64,000 nucleotides of DNA from Hydrolagus colliei (Eukaryota), in the NCBI GenBank assembly GCA_035084275.1, contig CM068742.1, positions 105,524,001 to 105,588,000 on the forward strand. The letters run 5' to 3'. Both the position numbers and the translations under genes were made by a program. Below, piece after piece: positions 49,708-62,297 of the stretch. How positions within the stretch are numbered: position 1 is the first letter of the stretch; the number at the start of each line of letters is the position of its first letter. A model generated the notes under the pieces. It saw only the letters and a program-made list of their open reading frames with translations. It was not told the DNA's origin and ran no database searches.

Positions 49708-51699
49708 TACTGTAAAGTGAATACTTTTGGGGGGAAACCCGGCAGCTAGTTGTGCACAACAGAATAGTACTATATCAAATGCCAGGGTTATGATCATTGT
49801 TATTTTGTCACCTTTAAATGTGTCATAAGACTCATTCCAGATAACTGAAAACAATATTGAAGTAAATAATATGATTCATGGATACTTAGATTAATTTAGT
49901 GTCTCCAATGTTACCAGCATCCAGTGATACATGCACACAAGGGAGTAAATGTCTGTCTTCATATAAATTTTAGTCAAAGCTTGTCAGTACAGTACTTGTA
50001 TTCTATCCCCATTTACTCTAAAAACAAAGGACTCCAAAAACTTTTTAGGTCAATGTGCATACATCGCTTTACTTCACATCGCCCTAGAGTTTATGTTTGC
50101 TTTAATTTGATCTATATTTACTGCAAATTACATTGTCACCATGGCCCTGTGAATTGAATCAAGCATCCGGTATCAATTACTGTCCAGATTAGTAAATGTC
50201 CAAAATGAGATTAGTTACTGAAATGTGGACAATAATAGTGCCTCACTTATCTCTAGAAGTCACAAATCCATTGGTTGCTACAGCAGTCTCTATCACAAGA
50301 GGGGATTTCATCTTTCAAGGTGACGGTTTACGTGAGTTATTAGGCTCAGCAACCATCTGGTCTTCATCACTTTGATAAATTAAGACTTGAACTCAGGTCA
50401 GGTTCATTAAGCACAATGGATTTAACCTTATGAGGGCAACAATGTGTCTTGTAATATCGCTGAGTGAATTCAGCCACTGGGTAATATTAACCACTTAGAT
50501 TTGTTTATGCACCTTATGACAGTTCAGTCAGATTGTACTGCACGACTGGAGATAAGATTTGTCCGTCTAGCCAGTCACGCGGAGATTTGTAAAAGCTCAC
50601 CCGCTCACCAAATAAAGAAGTTCACCTTCTTTACCACATCTTCCCTCCGTTTCTGGCAGAATAAGCTGACTTAATACTAATAATAATCCTTGCATTTGAC
50701 GTAGTATTTTATCAATTTTATTTGGGTGACTGTCAGCCAGGAAACCGGGAGAAAGAAACTGCAAATCCAGGAGAGGGAAAGTGTTCAATGTCGATGTTTC
50801 CTTATAAACTTTCATTTCATGATATTCCAGCAACTGAAAGATTGGGTCTGACAAAGTCAACAGCACATCTCAGTCCTGATATGAGACTGATGGAAAAAGA
50901 CCTGACCAGGGCTGAGGTGAGGAGAGAGGAGTCTGACTTCTCATTTGGACAATCACTTAAATTTGACTTCCATTTGGATGATGCCTTAATGACCCAAACA
51001 CCCCTCACATTCCCCACCCCCCAAAAATTGAGATGAATTGACTGCTTGCCTCCTTTTGGTTTGTAAGACATTGCTGATGCAGATTAGCTGCCATGTTTGC
51101 TTACATAATGGTACTTCATTTCTAATTTACTTCATTCTGTGAAATTGCACAACAATTTTATATGAACCATAAAATTACATTGTGTTTTCATAGTAAGAGT
51201 AATAATAATCTTTGCATTTTGGTATAGCGCCCTTCGTTTCAGGACAGATTAAATGACTTCATAGGGTATATTGTAGATGTGGATGACCATTTATTTTTTG
51301 TGGGTGAATGCCAGGTTGAGCCAGTGTCCCACTGTTCAAAGTGTCAGGATACCAGTCAACCACTCATATGCACAGCAGTTAAAACCAACAGTGACTAAAT
51401 GCCTGAGATATATCACAATCTGATGTTACTTAATTATTGGCCGGGTTCTGCAAGAGTTCTGCAAATAAGAGAAATCTCTTATTTATGGAAAATGTTCCAG
51501 GGTTAAAGATCTATTACAGGATTAATCATCACCGTTTACTGTGAACAAGTGTTGGTCAGCATCTCATCTTGGGATTTGCTCTCATGGTAGGCCATGCTGC
51601 CAAAGTAAATGCAGAAAGTTGTCACCCAGATTTTGTTTCCTTCCTTTTTATGTTTTCGCTCACAGGCTGCATGCATTCTTGTGAATAAAATAATATGTT

Positions 51700-51960
51700 G
51701 CCGTATCATCATGTGGAAATGTCTTACACAGTTTTCTGTGAAGTGTAGTGACTGTGTATCTGTAGCTAATTTGTGCACAGTGCACATCTGGGAGATTATT
51801 GGTCAGGAGATACTCCCTTCTCTTTTTGAATGGTATCAGGCGATCTTCAATGGCCACCTGAATAGGCAGACAGGTTCTCAGTTTAAAATCTAATTCGAAG
51901 ACAGCACCAGTGACAATGCAATGCTGCCCTTGTAGCAGTATTGGAGAGTCAGCATAGACT
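51700..51960 (-). mobile_element. SacSINE1-like fragment
   Basis: ACTCCCTTCTCTTTTTGAATGGTATCAGGCGATCTT..CCACCTGA..CAGTTTAA..CGAAGACAGCACC. A similar fragment lies at about 61060-61240. Confidence 0.6.
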
Positions 51961-53681
51961 AGTGTGGTCCAACAGATGGCCCAGGGGCCACATCCAGCCC
52001 GATGGGTGACTTTATCTGGCCCAAGTCCATTTCCAACATTCTAACTTCTTCTCCGCCTCTCTCTGGTGAACGTTCTCCCATGGTAGTGGCAGGAGCCAGC
52101 AGTTGGGAGGCTACAGCGCAGAGAATGGAAATAGTACCATCCGTTATTGCAGTCTGTCTGGAAAGCATGCGCGCCTCTTACCAACTGCACAACCTTAGTA
52201 CCCACCAGCTCCTGCCGCTGCGGATAGTGAACTGCCTGGCTGATTGAGAGAGGGATTGAGGCAGGGAGGGGATGGGGTAGAGAGTGGGAAAGAGAGAGGG
52301 TTGCCCAGATGGCATATGACCAGAGTACTGAGGAAAGTCAAGGAAGAGGCAGTTGGCAATCCAGAAAGTCAGGGAGAAGATAATTTCCTAAATATTCTTG
52401 GAAGCAGACATTGCACGAGAAGACAGGAGCCTAAATAATATTATATCCCGTTATTCATCACCTTGGAACGTCCTTCCGATGTGAAAGGCGCAATACGAAT
52501 GTAATTTTGTTGTTGTTCCAGGAGGAGTAAAATAAACCATGAAATTATGAGGCATACATTTGCTGTATTCCTTCATAGCTGTATTGTGTTAATTAGAAGA
52601 AAACTGTAAGAATCACTGAACATTTTTACCTTTTCTTAATAAGCAACATCTTTGTTTTTGAGGTGTTAGGATGACAGGCCAGTAATTGCATGTGTGAGCA
52701 ATGTAATATCACCGCATTAGTACCAAACAGAGGCTTTGTACTGTTGTTCAACCCAGGTTTTCCTCTAGAAGTTGAATAGCAGAGTAATCAGCAATAGGTT
52801 GCACAACTGCACAAAGGCCTTTCATTAATATTAATATTTTATATCTGTGCCTTTTTATGCAAGGCAGCCAGTGTTCATGACCCAATGATCTCTCACCCTG
52901 TGAGCATGGAGATCTGGAGATGTAATCTCATTCCTTGGCAAATATCTTGGCAATGTGTCTGCTGAAGTGATTCCCTCTCTCCTTCCAAGCACAGTTCAGC
53001 TAACGGTTTTGTTTCCTTTGACATTCTGGATACATTCACAGTACTTTAAGCAGCAGCACATGGTATGAATGTATGGCTCCAGGAAAGTGAGGAGGAAGGA
53101 CATTTGTTTTCTCTGCAATTTGGATAAGCACTGGTTCTTGCGGTCAATGACCTTTGGTGTCCCATGCTGTCTGACCCCTGAGGTTGTCTCACTGATCTGA
53201 TTGGCCTCTCCAGCCAAAAAGAACCTCAGCTGAAAAATATTTATTTCCTTAGTATTTCTCCAGTATATTTTGTTAAGATGTGAATCCAATGCATATTTTA
53301 GGTTTGCTAGATGACTGAGCTGACCTCTGTTGCACAAAAGTCTTACATAACATCAGACAAGCAACAGGCAGGAGCCTGGAATATCCTGGATATTGCTAAT
53401 TTTTTTTGTTTTAGTTATATAAATAGTTTCTGATGGAAAAGCCCATGGGTCAAAAAATATTCCCTGGCTGTTATCTTACAGTTCCGTAACCCAAAGGTCT
53501 TCACAGCACAGATTCAGCTATTTTCTTCCCTGAGTCCATCAAAAATGCAAGATGTGATTGTTTGCAATGGCGATGTCATGGATCATTGGTGATAAACAGT
53601 ATACTGTATCCAAGCTCACTCAGAATTTTGTTATTGTTCCTCTGGTTCAAGTACATACACTTAATAATAATAATTTTATGT

Positions 53682-54559
53682 GGAGTCCTGTAGCTCAGTG
53701 GTAGAGCACTCACCTTGCAAGCGAGAGACCTGGGTTCAATTCCAGACAGGACAAAACTTTGAGCAAGTTTCCTTACTCTACACGCTTGATAATAATCCCT
53801 CGAAAAAAAAACAATAATAATTTGGTCATTTCAATCCACGTCTGTTTATGGGGACACTGCTGTGCGCAATTGGCCGCGGTTTGCCTACATATATACAGTC
53901 AATTTGCTTCACAATACAGGTACCACTCCCCAACCATGGGGGATATAATATCCTGAAAACCTCCACTGTTAGAAAAATTATGGTTGGAAAATACAGGGCC
54001 CTATGGGAAAAGTGGGTAAGTTTGCTTGTCTATGAACTAAACACAAAAAAATTCATATTATTTACCTAAATCCTAATGATGATGATGATTGGGGAGGTGG
54101 TTGTTACATGCTGTTACATGCCCTGTGCACCCTCTTCCTCTGCCTCCTCCTCCTCTAGATCGTAAATCACAGACGAGTGCGAGGAGGGTGGATGTGGAGA
54201 AGGTGGTGTGGTGGGTGACATTGAGGGGGTGGATGCGGAGAAACGACATCGTCGTTGGTTGATTGCGACATCGCAACTGGGCCCTCGTGCCAAACGCTAG
54301 CGTGAAGCGACATCTTGGCTGGTTGATGCAACTGGGTCCTAGTGCCACATGCCAGTGTTAGTGTTAAAACCCGTGGATCCGCAAAACCCATTGCCATGGT
54401 TAGCAAGAGTTGTCGCAGTGAGCCAACTGTGGATACGTGAAATTCGTGGGAGAAAAAATCGCGGTTGGGGAGGGGTACCTGTATATTCTGTGAAGCGCTT
54501 TGAGATGTCTAGAAGATGTGAAAAACACTACATTAAATGCAAGTATTATGTTATTATTA
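53682..54559 (+). mobile_element. Full-length tRNA/Deu SINE (short variant) interrupted by a MITE
   Basis: Head GGAGTCCTGTAGCTCAGTGGTAGAGCACTCACCTTGCAAGCGAGAGACCTGGGTTCAATTCC. The SINE resumes at 54482 with TATATTCTGTGAAGCGC. Confidence 0.92.
53917..54481. mobile_element. Tigger-like MITE
   Basis: TIRs CAGGTACCACTCCCCAACC ... GGTTGGGGAGGGGTACCTG with a TA TSD. Confidence 0.9.
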
Positions 54560-54749
54560 ATGGAAAAACTTTCCAGTCCATCACTCATTGTCAGCATCAA
54601 ATACTTTAAATTACATTAATTAATCATTTTTGCATTTGCTGTTGCTCCCATAACTTCACAGGTAATTGCTGCCGTGTGCAGTCACTGAATATTTGTAGTA
54701 TGGCCAAACCAAAGGCAAAACAAGGCTCCTTATGCTTCACTCCAACAAA

Positions 54750-55107
54750 AATAATAATAATAATCTTTGCATTTGAAATAGCGTTTTTCACATCTTCCAA
54801 ACATCTCAAAGCACTTTACAGAATATACTGTAAAGTAAATTGACTGTATATTTGTGGGTGAATGCAGCAGCCAATTGGGCACAGCAGCATCCCCCAAACA
54901 GTTGTGGATTGAGTGACCAAATAATTATTGTTTTTTTGAGGGATTGTTATCTACTGAAAAGTAATCTGCCAATTAACTAACAACCAGGATCCTACTTACT
55001 GCTAGTTAAACAGAGGCATGTGGAGATAGAAAACTTGCTCAACATTTCGCCCTCCTCGGAAAAGAACCCTGGTCTCTTGCTTGTGAGGCGAGTGCTCTAA
55101 CAACTGT
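54750..55107 (-). mobile_element. tRNA/Deu SINE (long variant)
   Basis: Tail, Deu core, GGATCCTACTTACTGCTAGTTAAACAGAGGC module and tRNA head. Confidence 0.9.
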
Positions 55108-55180
55108 GTTGTCTAATCCCATTGTCTAACCATAAACAATGGGGTTGACATTCCACCTCTGGGACCAGATTCAATCTACT

Positions 55181-55244
55181 TAGACAACATCTGTGGAGAG
55201 AGGAAAGTGAGTAAACGTTTCAAGTCGATGACCTTTCGTCAGAA
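55181..55244 (-). mobile_element. Penelope-like terminal-repeat relic with a minimal hammerhead ribozyme motif
   Basis: Minus strand reads CTGACGA-AAGGTC-ATC-GACTT-GAAAC-GTT...CTCTCTCCACAGATG. Confidence 0.7.
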
Positions 55245-55989
55245 TTTGACAAATTCTGGACATCCTGAAATTTTGGGAAGACACAGAGAATCTCAACCAG
55301 ATGGAGTTTCATCCCTCAATTTTCTTTAAATGGCAGTCACAGCAGTCGAGAGCCATGCAAATACTTTGACATCATCATCTGTTTACCTGATGCATTCAAT
55401 TTACTCACAGCAGTGGTCTGAACATCAACAGAACACAATGCATCAGCCATGTGTTCTTCAGGCCATCGCAGAGAGTACATGAATGGTAGAAACAGTCAAG
55501 AATACAAAGTGATTATAGTACACACATTGATCATAGTACATTGATTATTTCCTGGCACTAGACTGCACATTACACCTTGTAACACAATACATATTATTTC
55601 TTAAGTTTAAGTTAGCATAATAAAAAAATGTGGTAGAAATTCTATCTGGGTCTAGATTTACTCTATTTTTGTAACATTTCAATATACCCAGAATTCACCA
55701 AATTCTTCATTTTGATGCCTGTTTTTTTTATGAACGACAGAAAATGTTAAAACTGGATTCAACAATTTTCAAATTCTAGATGCTCTAAAATACAAAGGAA
55801 ATCAGATGAAACTTCAACCTAACTGTCCCCACGTGGCTTTTAGAGAGTGCATTTAGGGATTTATCGAACCAAAATAAAGATTAAACTTGTGACCAAAGAA
55901 ACAAAACCTTGCAGGTATATCACACCAATCACGCAGGGTAACATCCGAAGGCACTTGACAGCAGCGGAGCACGAAGTCGAGCCAGGAGG

Positions 55990-57180
55990 AGGTGACCGTG
56001 GGCGTGAAGATGCGGAATGAGGGGACATGGTGGAGGGATAGAGGAAGAGTGTTCCAGAGTTTCAGGGTGTAGTGGCTGTAAAGGCAGCCTCCAATAAGGG
56101 AATGTAGGTCACAAGGGTCAAGCAGTAGGCCAGAGCCAGTTGATTGGAGGCTGTGGGCAGTTGGTTGGGAAGTAAACAGGTCAGAGAGGTAGGGAGGTAC
56201 AAGGGCATGAAGAGATTTCAAAATGAGTATGAGGATCTTGAAATCAATGTGTTCAGTGATAAGGATCCAGTGGAACCTGACTAGAATGATGTGATGGTTG
56301 ATTAGTATGGGTGGCAGAGTTTTGGACTCCTTGGATTTTGTGGATCGTGGCGTTGCGGAGACCACTGATGATGACATATGAATAGTCGAGGTGGGGAGTG
56401 CCGAATGCATAATAATAATAACCCTAGCACCTCTTGCAACTCTTCACAGAATATACTGTAAAAGGAATTGACCATATATTTGTGAGCAAAAAGCAGCAGC
56501 CAATCGCAAGCAGTAGTGTCCCATAAACAGCCGTGGATTGAGTGACCAAATTATTACTATTTTGTTTTCTTGAGGGATTATTATCAGGAGCATGGAGTAA
56601 AGACACTTGCCCAAGGTTTCGCCCGAGGTTTTGCCTAAGGTTTCTTAGCTTGCAAAACGAGTGTTCTGACCACTGAGCTACAGGACTCCACCATGAACGA
56701 GTCTTACATCTGAATGTGGATTATGATCAGAGGTGAGCAATGTGGAGGTGCTTTCAGGGACCGGATGTGGAATAGGAAGGACCGCATGGGTCAAGCCTGA
56801 CGCCTAGCTTGTTCAGTTCAGTAAGTCTGAGGCCAAGGAGGTCGATGATGTCAGAAGACATCAAAAGGAGTCAAGGAGTATGGCTTCTGTCTTGTCAACA
56901 TTTAGCTGTAAGAAGTTTGTGCTTATTAAGGCATTGATGGCTGTCAGATAAGCCGATGGAACATTAGCAGCCCTGGAGTTGCAAGTGGAGAGGAAATTTG
57001 TGTGTCATCCACATACATGTGGAAATTGAACTTATGTCTTGTAGATGACATCATCAAGAGGAATATTTAGATGAGGAAGAGGAGGAAGTCAAAGATGGAG
57101 CCCTGGGATACACCACAGGTAGGGCAGGGGTGTGAGGAGAATCAATTTGCAGAGATAAATTGAAATCTTGTTAGGTAGGG
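55990..57180 (-). mobile_element. Degenerate L2 (RT core to C-terminus) interrupted by a SINE at 56409-56690
   Basis: CGVSQGSI and FHMYVDDTQ at about 57000-57120; FHW..IDFKILIL..SLHALVPPYLSDL..LWNTLP at 56040-56290. Confidence 0.8.
56409..56690 (-). mobile_element. tRNA/Deu SINE (short variant)
   Basis: Reverse-complement head TGGAGTCCTGTAGCTCAGTGGTCAGAACACTCG and Deu core. Confidence 0.88.
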
Positions 57181-57184
57181 CCTG

Positions 57185-57520
57185 GTTCAACCCACAACTA
57201 TCCTTTCTACCCCACATCCATGCCAAGACCTGCTCTGCCTTTCCCCACCTCCACAATATTGCGTGACTCTGCCACTGTCTCACACCACCGGCCACCAAAA
57301 CTCTCATACATGTATTCATAACATCCAGGCTTGACTATGCAAACTCCTTGCTTGTCGGCCTCCCCAACTCCTCACTCCACAGGCTGCAGATCATTCAGAT
57401 TCCACACTAGGCTCCATGGCCATATCACCCCCACCCTCGCCCGCCTCTACTGGCTTCCCATCACACAGTGAATACAGTTTAAGATCCTGGCCCTCACCTT
57501 CAAAGCTCTCCATGGCCTCG
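57185..57520 (+). mobile_element. L2 ORF2 C-terminal fragment
   Basis: [27 protein letters not shown] and FKILALTFKALHGL. Confidence 0.85.
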
Positions 57521-58004
57521 TTTTAAAGTCAGGTTTCTTATTAAGAATTACAGTGAAACAATTTCAAAGAATTCAACAATTTGTCAAACTCTGGACTCTC
57601 TTAATTATTATATAAACAGAGTAAATCTAGACCCAGGTGGAATTTATCCCCATATTTTTGTATTAATGTTTGACAACCATGCAGATGTCTTTATTCAGCT
57701 GCAAAATGCCTACTGGAATTTCAACCCCCAGTTTGCCCAAAAACTTTTGCAGAAGGAACGAATGTCCTTTGTTCTTTGTAGATTGAACTTTAGTATTCTC
57801 ATGTCTTCCAGGAATTGCAGGATTTGATTATATGAATATTCTAGGATGGGTTTTTGCTTTTCATCTCTCTGTGGTTTACTTTTTGTTTGCACTCAGTTTT
57901 ATCAGCGATAAAGGTTCCACTCATTAATCCAGGAATATGAGGTGTGCTTTTTTATTGTTGCTGCATGATCTGACTGGAGTAAATTACTCCTTTTGCTTTC
58001 TATT

Positions 58005-58262
58005 GCTCTGTCCCCACACTCTGGAACTCCATCCCGTAATCCCTTCGCTTTGCTTCCTCCCTTTCCTCCTTCAAGGTCAGTCTCAAGACGTTCCTCTTCG
58101 ACCGTGCATTGTGCTGCCCTCCTAATGCTCCCCCCTTTCCCCCCTCCCCTTGCTCCTACCCCGACCCTTCCCCCCCTGCTCGGGTCCCAACCTAACTGTT
58201 CAGCGCCTTGGGACGTTCTCCCGACATGAAAGGCGCTCTATAAATGTAATTTTGTTGTTATT
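58005..58262 (+). mobile_element. L2 3' end
   Basis: CTCTGGAACTCCATCCC ... GCGCCTTGGGACGTTCTCCCGACATGAAAGGCGCTCTATAAATGTAATTTTGTTG. Confidence 0.9.
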
Positions 58263-59104
58263 GTATTGGATCAGTTACTGCTTAAATTCTGCTGTATTGC
58301 AGTATAAGCAGAACTGCAATCACTGTCAAATGTGTAGAGATATGGTGCTTAGCACATTATCCGAGTCCAAATAACAATGAATTGCCTTAGGACTAAAAGA
58401 TTAGTACTTCATTTATTAATTTAAATAGCTATTAATTTAAATATTGAGTGTCTGCCTGGCTCAATCTATAGCACTCTGGCCTCCAGGTCAGAATGTACAC
58501 AACCAATGCTAAGAACTCCCAGAAATTTTGCACTTACAATTATTGCTCGTTTTCTCCTTAACCGCCTAATTTACATCAGACATGTTCATTTACATTATTG
58601 ATGTTCCACTGGAAAATTCAAGCCCATATAAAGCATGAGGTTGAAGATGAGAGAAAGACCTATAAATCTGTATTTCTCAGATCAGCCAATACAAATCAAA
58701 TTAATGCTGTAAGTGTTGTAAATTACTGTGTTGGATTTTACTGAGCTTTTACAGAAAATGATCACTGAGGTTCAAAACTCAAATGGTGCAGCTATAATGC
58801 TCCAACCCGAATGAACACAGGAAGGTGACAAGGACACTGGTACCATGTTGGCCCCCAAGGAGAATTTCAAGCAATTCTGGCCCAGCTGCAGGAGAGTCAA
58901 TGGAACGTTATATGTGAATTGTGTTTTAAACAAATATTAGAATCTGATGCACAAAGAGATCCTTATTGATGCAATATATTTAATTTACCTCTATTTATTG
59001 TACCTGTAAGCTAAGATACAACTTCATATATGGGCATGCATACACATTTGCAGAAATCTCAATTTTATACATCATCTGTTGCTGTGATCCAGGGCCTTCA
59101 TCAT

Positions 59105-59700
59105 CAACAATCACAATTTGCATTTACATAGCACCCTTCACATAGGATTACATCTATTGAGCATCAAATAGGAGTAAAGGGCAAGGTGACCATAGGCTCA
59201 ACAAAGTAAGTTTTGAGGCAGGACTTCAAGACTACCATGGAGGTGGGCCAACTGGCCAAGATGAAGGGAGAGAGCTCCAGGGAATAAGGCTATAAAATCT
59301 AGAAGCTCAGCCACCAATTGTGGCATACATAGGTGGGAGATATGCATCAAGTCTGAGATAGCTGAGTGGAGGGGATAAGCAGAGGAATAGTACAGGAGGA
59401 AATAAGGATATGATAGGAGAGGAAGGAATTTTCTAGGTGTGGGTGAGGGCCTTGAAAATAATCTGCTGGAGACAGAGACTGTACAGCCTGGGAGGACTGG
59501 TTGATGGCCATGCATAATTTAGAGTGGGTGAAGATGCAGGTGGGAGAAGTTTGGATAAATTGCAGTTTTGATCAGTAGTGTGAGGGAGAGATGTAAGAGA
59601 GAGTTGTGAGTGAGATCTGAGACAGAGATGTGATTGAGAGAAGTGCGGGAGAAAAGTGAAAAGAGAGTTGAGACTCAATCCCAATCCCCAGTCCTTGCTG
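59105..59700 (-). mobile_element. Old degenerate L2-like fragment
   Basis: Decayed tail at 59105-59150 and a purine-rich body resembling the other minus-strand L2 copies. Confidence 0.5.
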
Positions 59701-62099
59701 ATTTGAAGTTTTGATGTAATTTGCCAAATTCTGGATATTCTCAAAGTACTGCATTGACAAAATCCAATGGAATGTTGCACCACAAATTCAGCAGAATGTA
59801 TCTTCACAAAAAGCATAGCTTTTTATAGCATAGCATAGCTTCACGTCCATGTCTGTACATGACATGATGTTAAAGAAATCAGGAAAAGTCATTGGGATTT
59901 TAAGACACAAGAATTCCAAAGCAAACTGATAATGCCTTACACTCAGTCAGAATATTGTTGCAATTTGAGAAAATATTTTTATAAACAATCTTGTAATAAG
60001 CAAAATGAAGATTCTAGGTTATTAAATCTCCTCAAATCATTGTACCAAGGCTCATTGTTTGTAAGGGGCAACCTGTTTACATTGTATAGTTAAGAGTACG
60101 ACATTATGCTTGACATGCTCTGTCTACAAATAGTCCCATTGCCTTTGAACTTGATCAAAACTGCATGTTTCTAATTTTTTTGTATTCTTGACCTCTGAAA
60201 AATATTTCTAATTTTTGGCTCATGTTATGTAAAATAACCTGAAGGAAAACAGCTTGATCTGTCCCTTGCTAAACGGCTTCAAAAAGGCCAATTACAAACC
60301 ATAATACCTTTTCACTATATTTGGAAAAGATACATCGGGAAAATGTTTTTGAAAGATGGTTCTAATTTGCAATTAGGCATTTCTAAACGGGAAGATTCTT
60401 TTATTAATTACAACTTGTCAGTATTTATTACGTCAAACCATATTGCATAGAAATTATCATTTATTCATTTGCCTAATATATTCTGCAAAATCAAAACTCC
60501 ACACAATTTTTTTCCTCAAAGTGCCTTTGATACAGAATGGTTTCTTCCAACTCTTTATGCAAAACTAAACTAGAGATTTTAATTAAACATGATTGAAAGT
60601 CTGGTATTAATTGTCTTCACATACTTTCTACCCAAAGCTATCAGTTACAGTAAAAAAACAAATTAACGGCAGATTGCATGTAAGTTAAAACTGCATGGCT
60701 ATTAAAAGCTGATGAACATTGTAAAATTATGTTATTAATTCCACCAGGGCTTTTTGACAGAAACATGACTTTGCTAAAGTCACCGTGCAGATATTCCAAT
60801 GGAAATGGCAAGTTCAACAGTAACAGTTTTAAAACATTAAAAGATTTTTCTTCTATTTCTTTTTGTAATATTGGGGCTGAAAAGTGCCATCTGTTATCTG
60901 GTAGCCACCAACAGTTTGGGATGTAAGAGGCGCTATACCAATGTACCTGTAATTTATTGTCGTTGTTCACAATTATCAACTGAACAAAGAATGCAATCAA
61001 AACCAGCCAATAACAATAAGAATTCTTGGATTTACCGCAGAGCCTATAACATCGAAACATCTCAAAATGCTTCACAGAAACTTAGAGCTTTGAAAGTGAT
61101 TGAGGCAATTTGTGCACAACAATGGCCTAGAAACAGCCTTGAAATGAACAATCAATTTATCTGCCCAGTTGTTGGCCAGGAGAGTGGGAGAAATTCCCTC
61201 CTTTTCTCAATTAGTACCATGGGATCTTTAACTTCTGCCTGAGATTTGAATCAGCTGGATTTTGTGGATGGTGGACCTAGGGAGACCACGGAGGAGAGCA
61301 TTTGAATAGTTGAACCGGGTGATGACAAACGCAAAGTTTCAATGTGCAAAGTCTCAATGAACCCATAACTACTGGTGAAAAAAGCTCCAAAATTGACTAT
61401 AAAATTCTGACAACCACAATCTTGGTGTTTAATGATCATCTTCATCCTGATTGCCGAAGCAGCATTTCAGTACTACTGCACCTACCTTAGAGCCGAGGTA
61501 TTAAGTCACTGTGGCATTTACAAGTGGTTTTCCTGAAGATGGTACGCTATTTTCCCTGAGCGAAGGGCATTAAACACAACCACTTTTCTAAGGAGCACTT
61601 TTCCAGGCTATCCACTTCGATGTTAGGAGAATGCTGCATCTCTGAGGAAATGTCACTTTTTGGCCCTTCATAATGAAAAATATTCAATAAGAGACAAAAG
61701 GCGGTTAAATACAAGAACGGGATATGTATCAGGTTACATATTCGAATATAATTAAAACAGCAAGTTCTCTCTATCGCACAATAAACGCACTCCAAAAGCT
61801 TCAAAAGCATGAAGCTCGCGGATATGGAACTACAACTTGATGGCATCTATCTAACTAATTCAGGAAACATGCTCATGTTAAGTGAATAATTCAGATAAAT
61901 GATTGCATCTTGGTTCTAATAATTCACTGGGATTAGATCATAGTAAATCACCAATGAAACAGGCAATGTAGCAGTGATTTTATACACATAGTGAATTGCA
62001 AGAGATCTGACTCTCCAGGTTTGTCTGTTTAGGGGAATGGTGCTTGGTGAATAGCCACTGACAGTTGGTGAGAATGTAGGCAATTGTTATGGCATTGCC

Positions 62100-62236
62100 A
62101 ATGCCCTCCATCCTTCCCGATCCTGACCCGCAACTCGGGTCCGAAACATTGACTGTCATTTGGGACATCCTCCTGACGTGAAAGACGCTAAACAAATCTA
62201 ACTTTGTTGTTGTTGTTGTTGTTGCTGTTGTTGTTG
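62100..62236 (+). mobile_element. L2 3' tail with an expanded (TTG)n microsatellite
   Basis: TTGGGACATCCTCCTGACGTGAAAGACGCT followed by (TTG)n. Confidence 0.85.
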
Positions 62237-62297
62237 CATTATGCTTCCCAACAGCAAAAGTGCTGACAAAGTAGACAAAGGTGTGCTAACGTCTTTT

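Noticed and set aside
53684-53756. tRNA-Ala(TGC)-like cloverleaf
   Set aside because: It has an imperfect T arm and an anticodon-stem mismatch, and it continues directly into the SINE body. It is a SINE head, not a tRNA gene.
60641-61075. 144-aa minus-strand ORF
   Set aside because: It starts in repeat-tail sequence, is AT-rich, and shows no recognisable homology or convincing splice sites.
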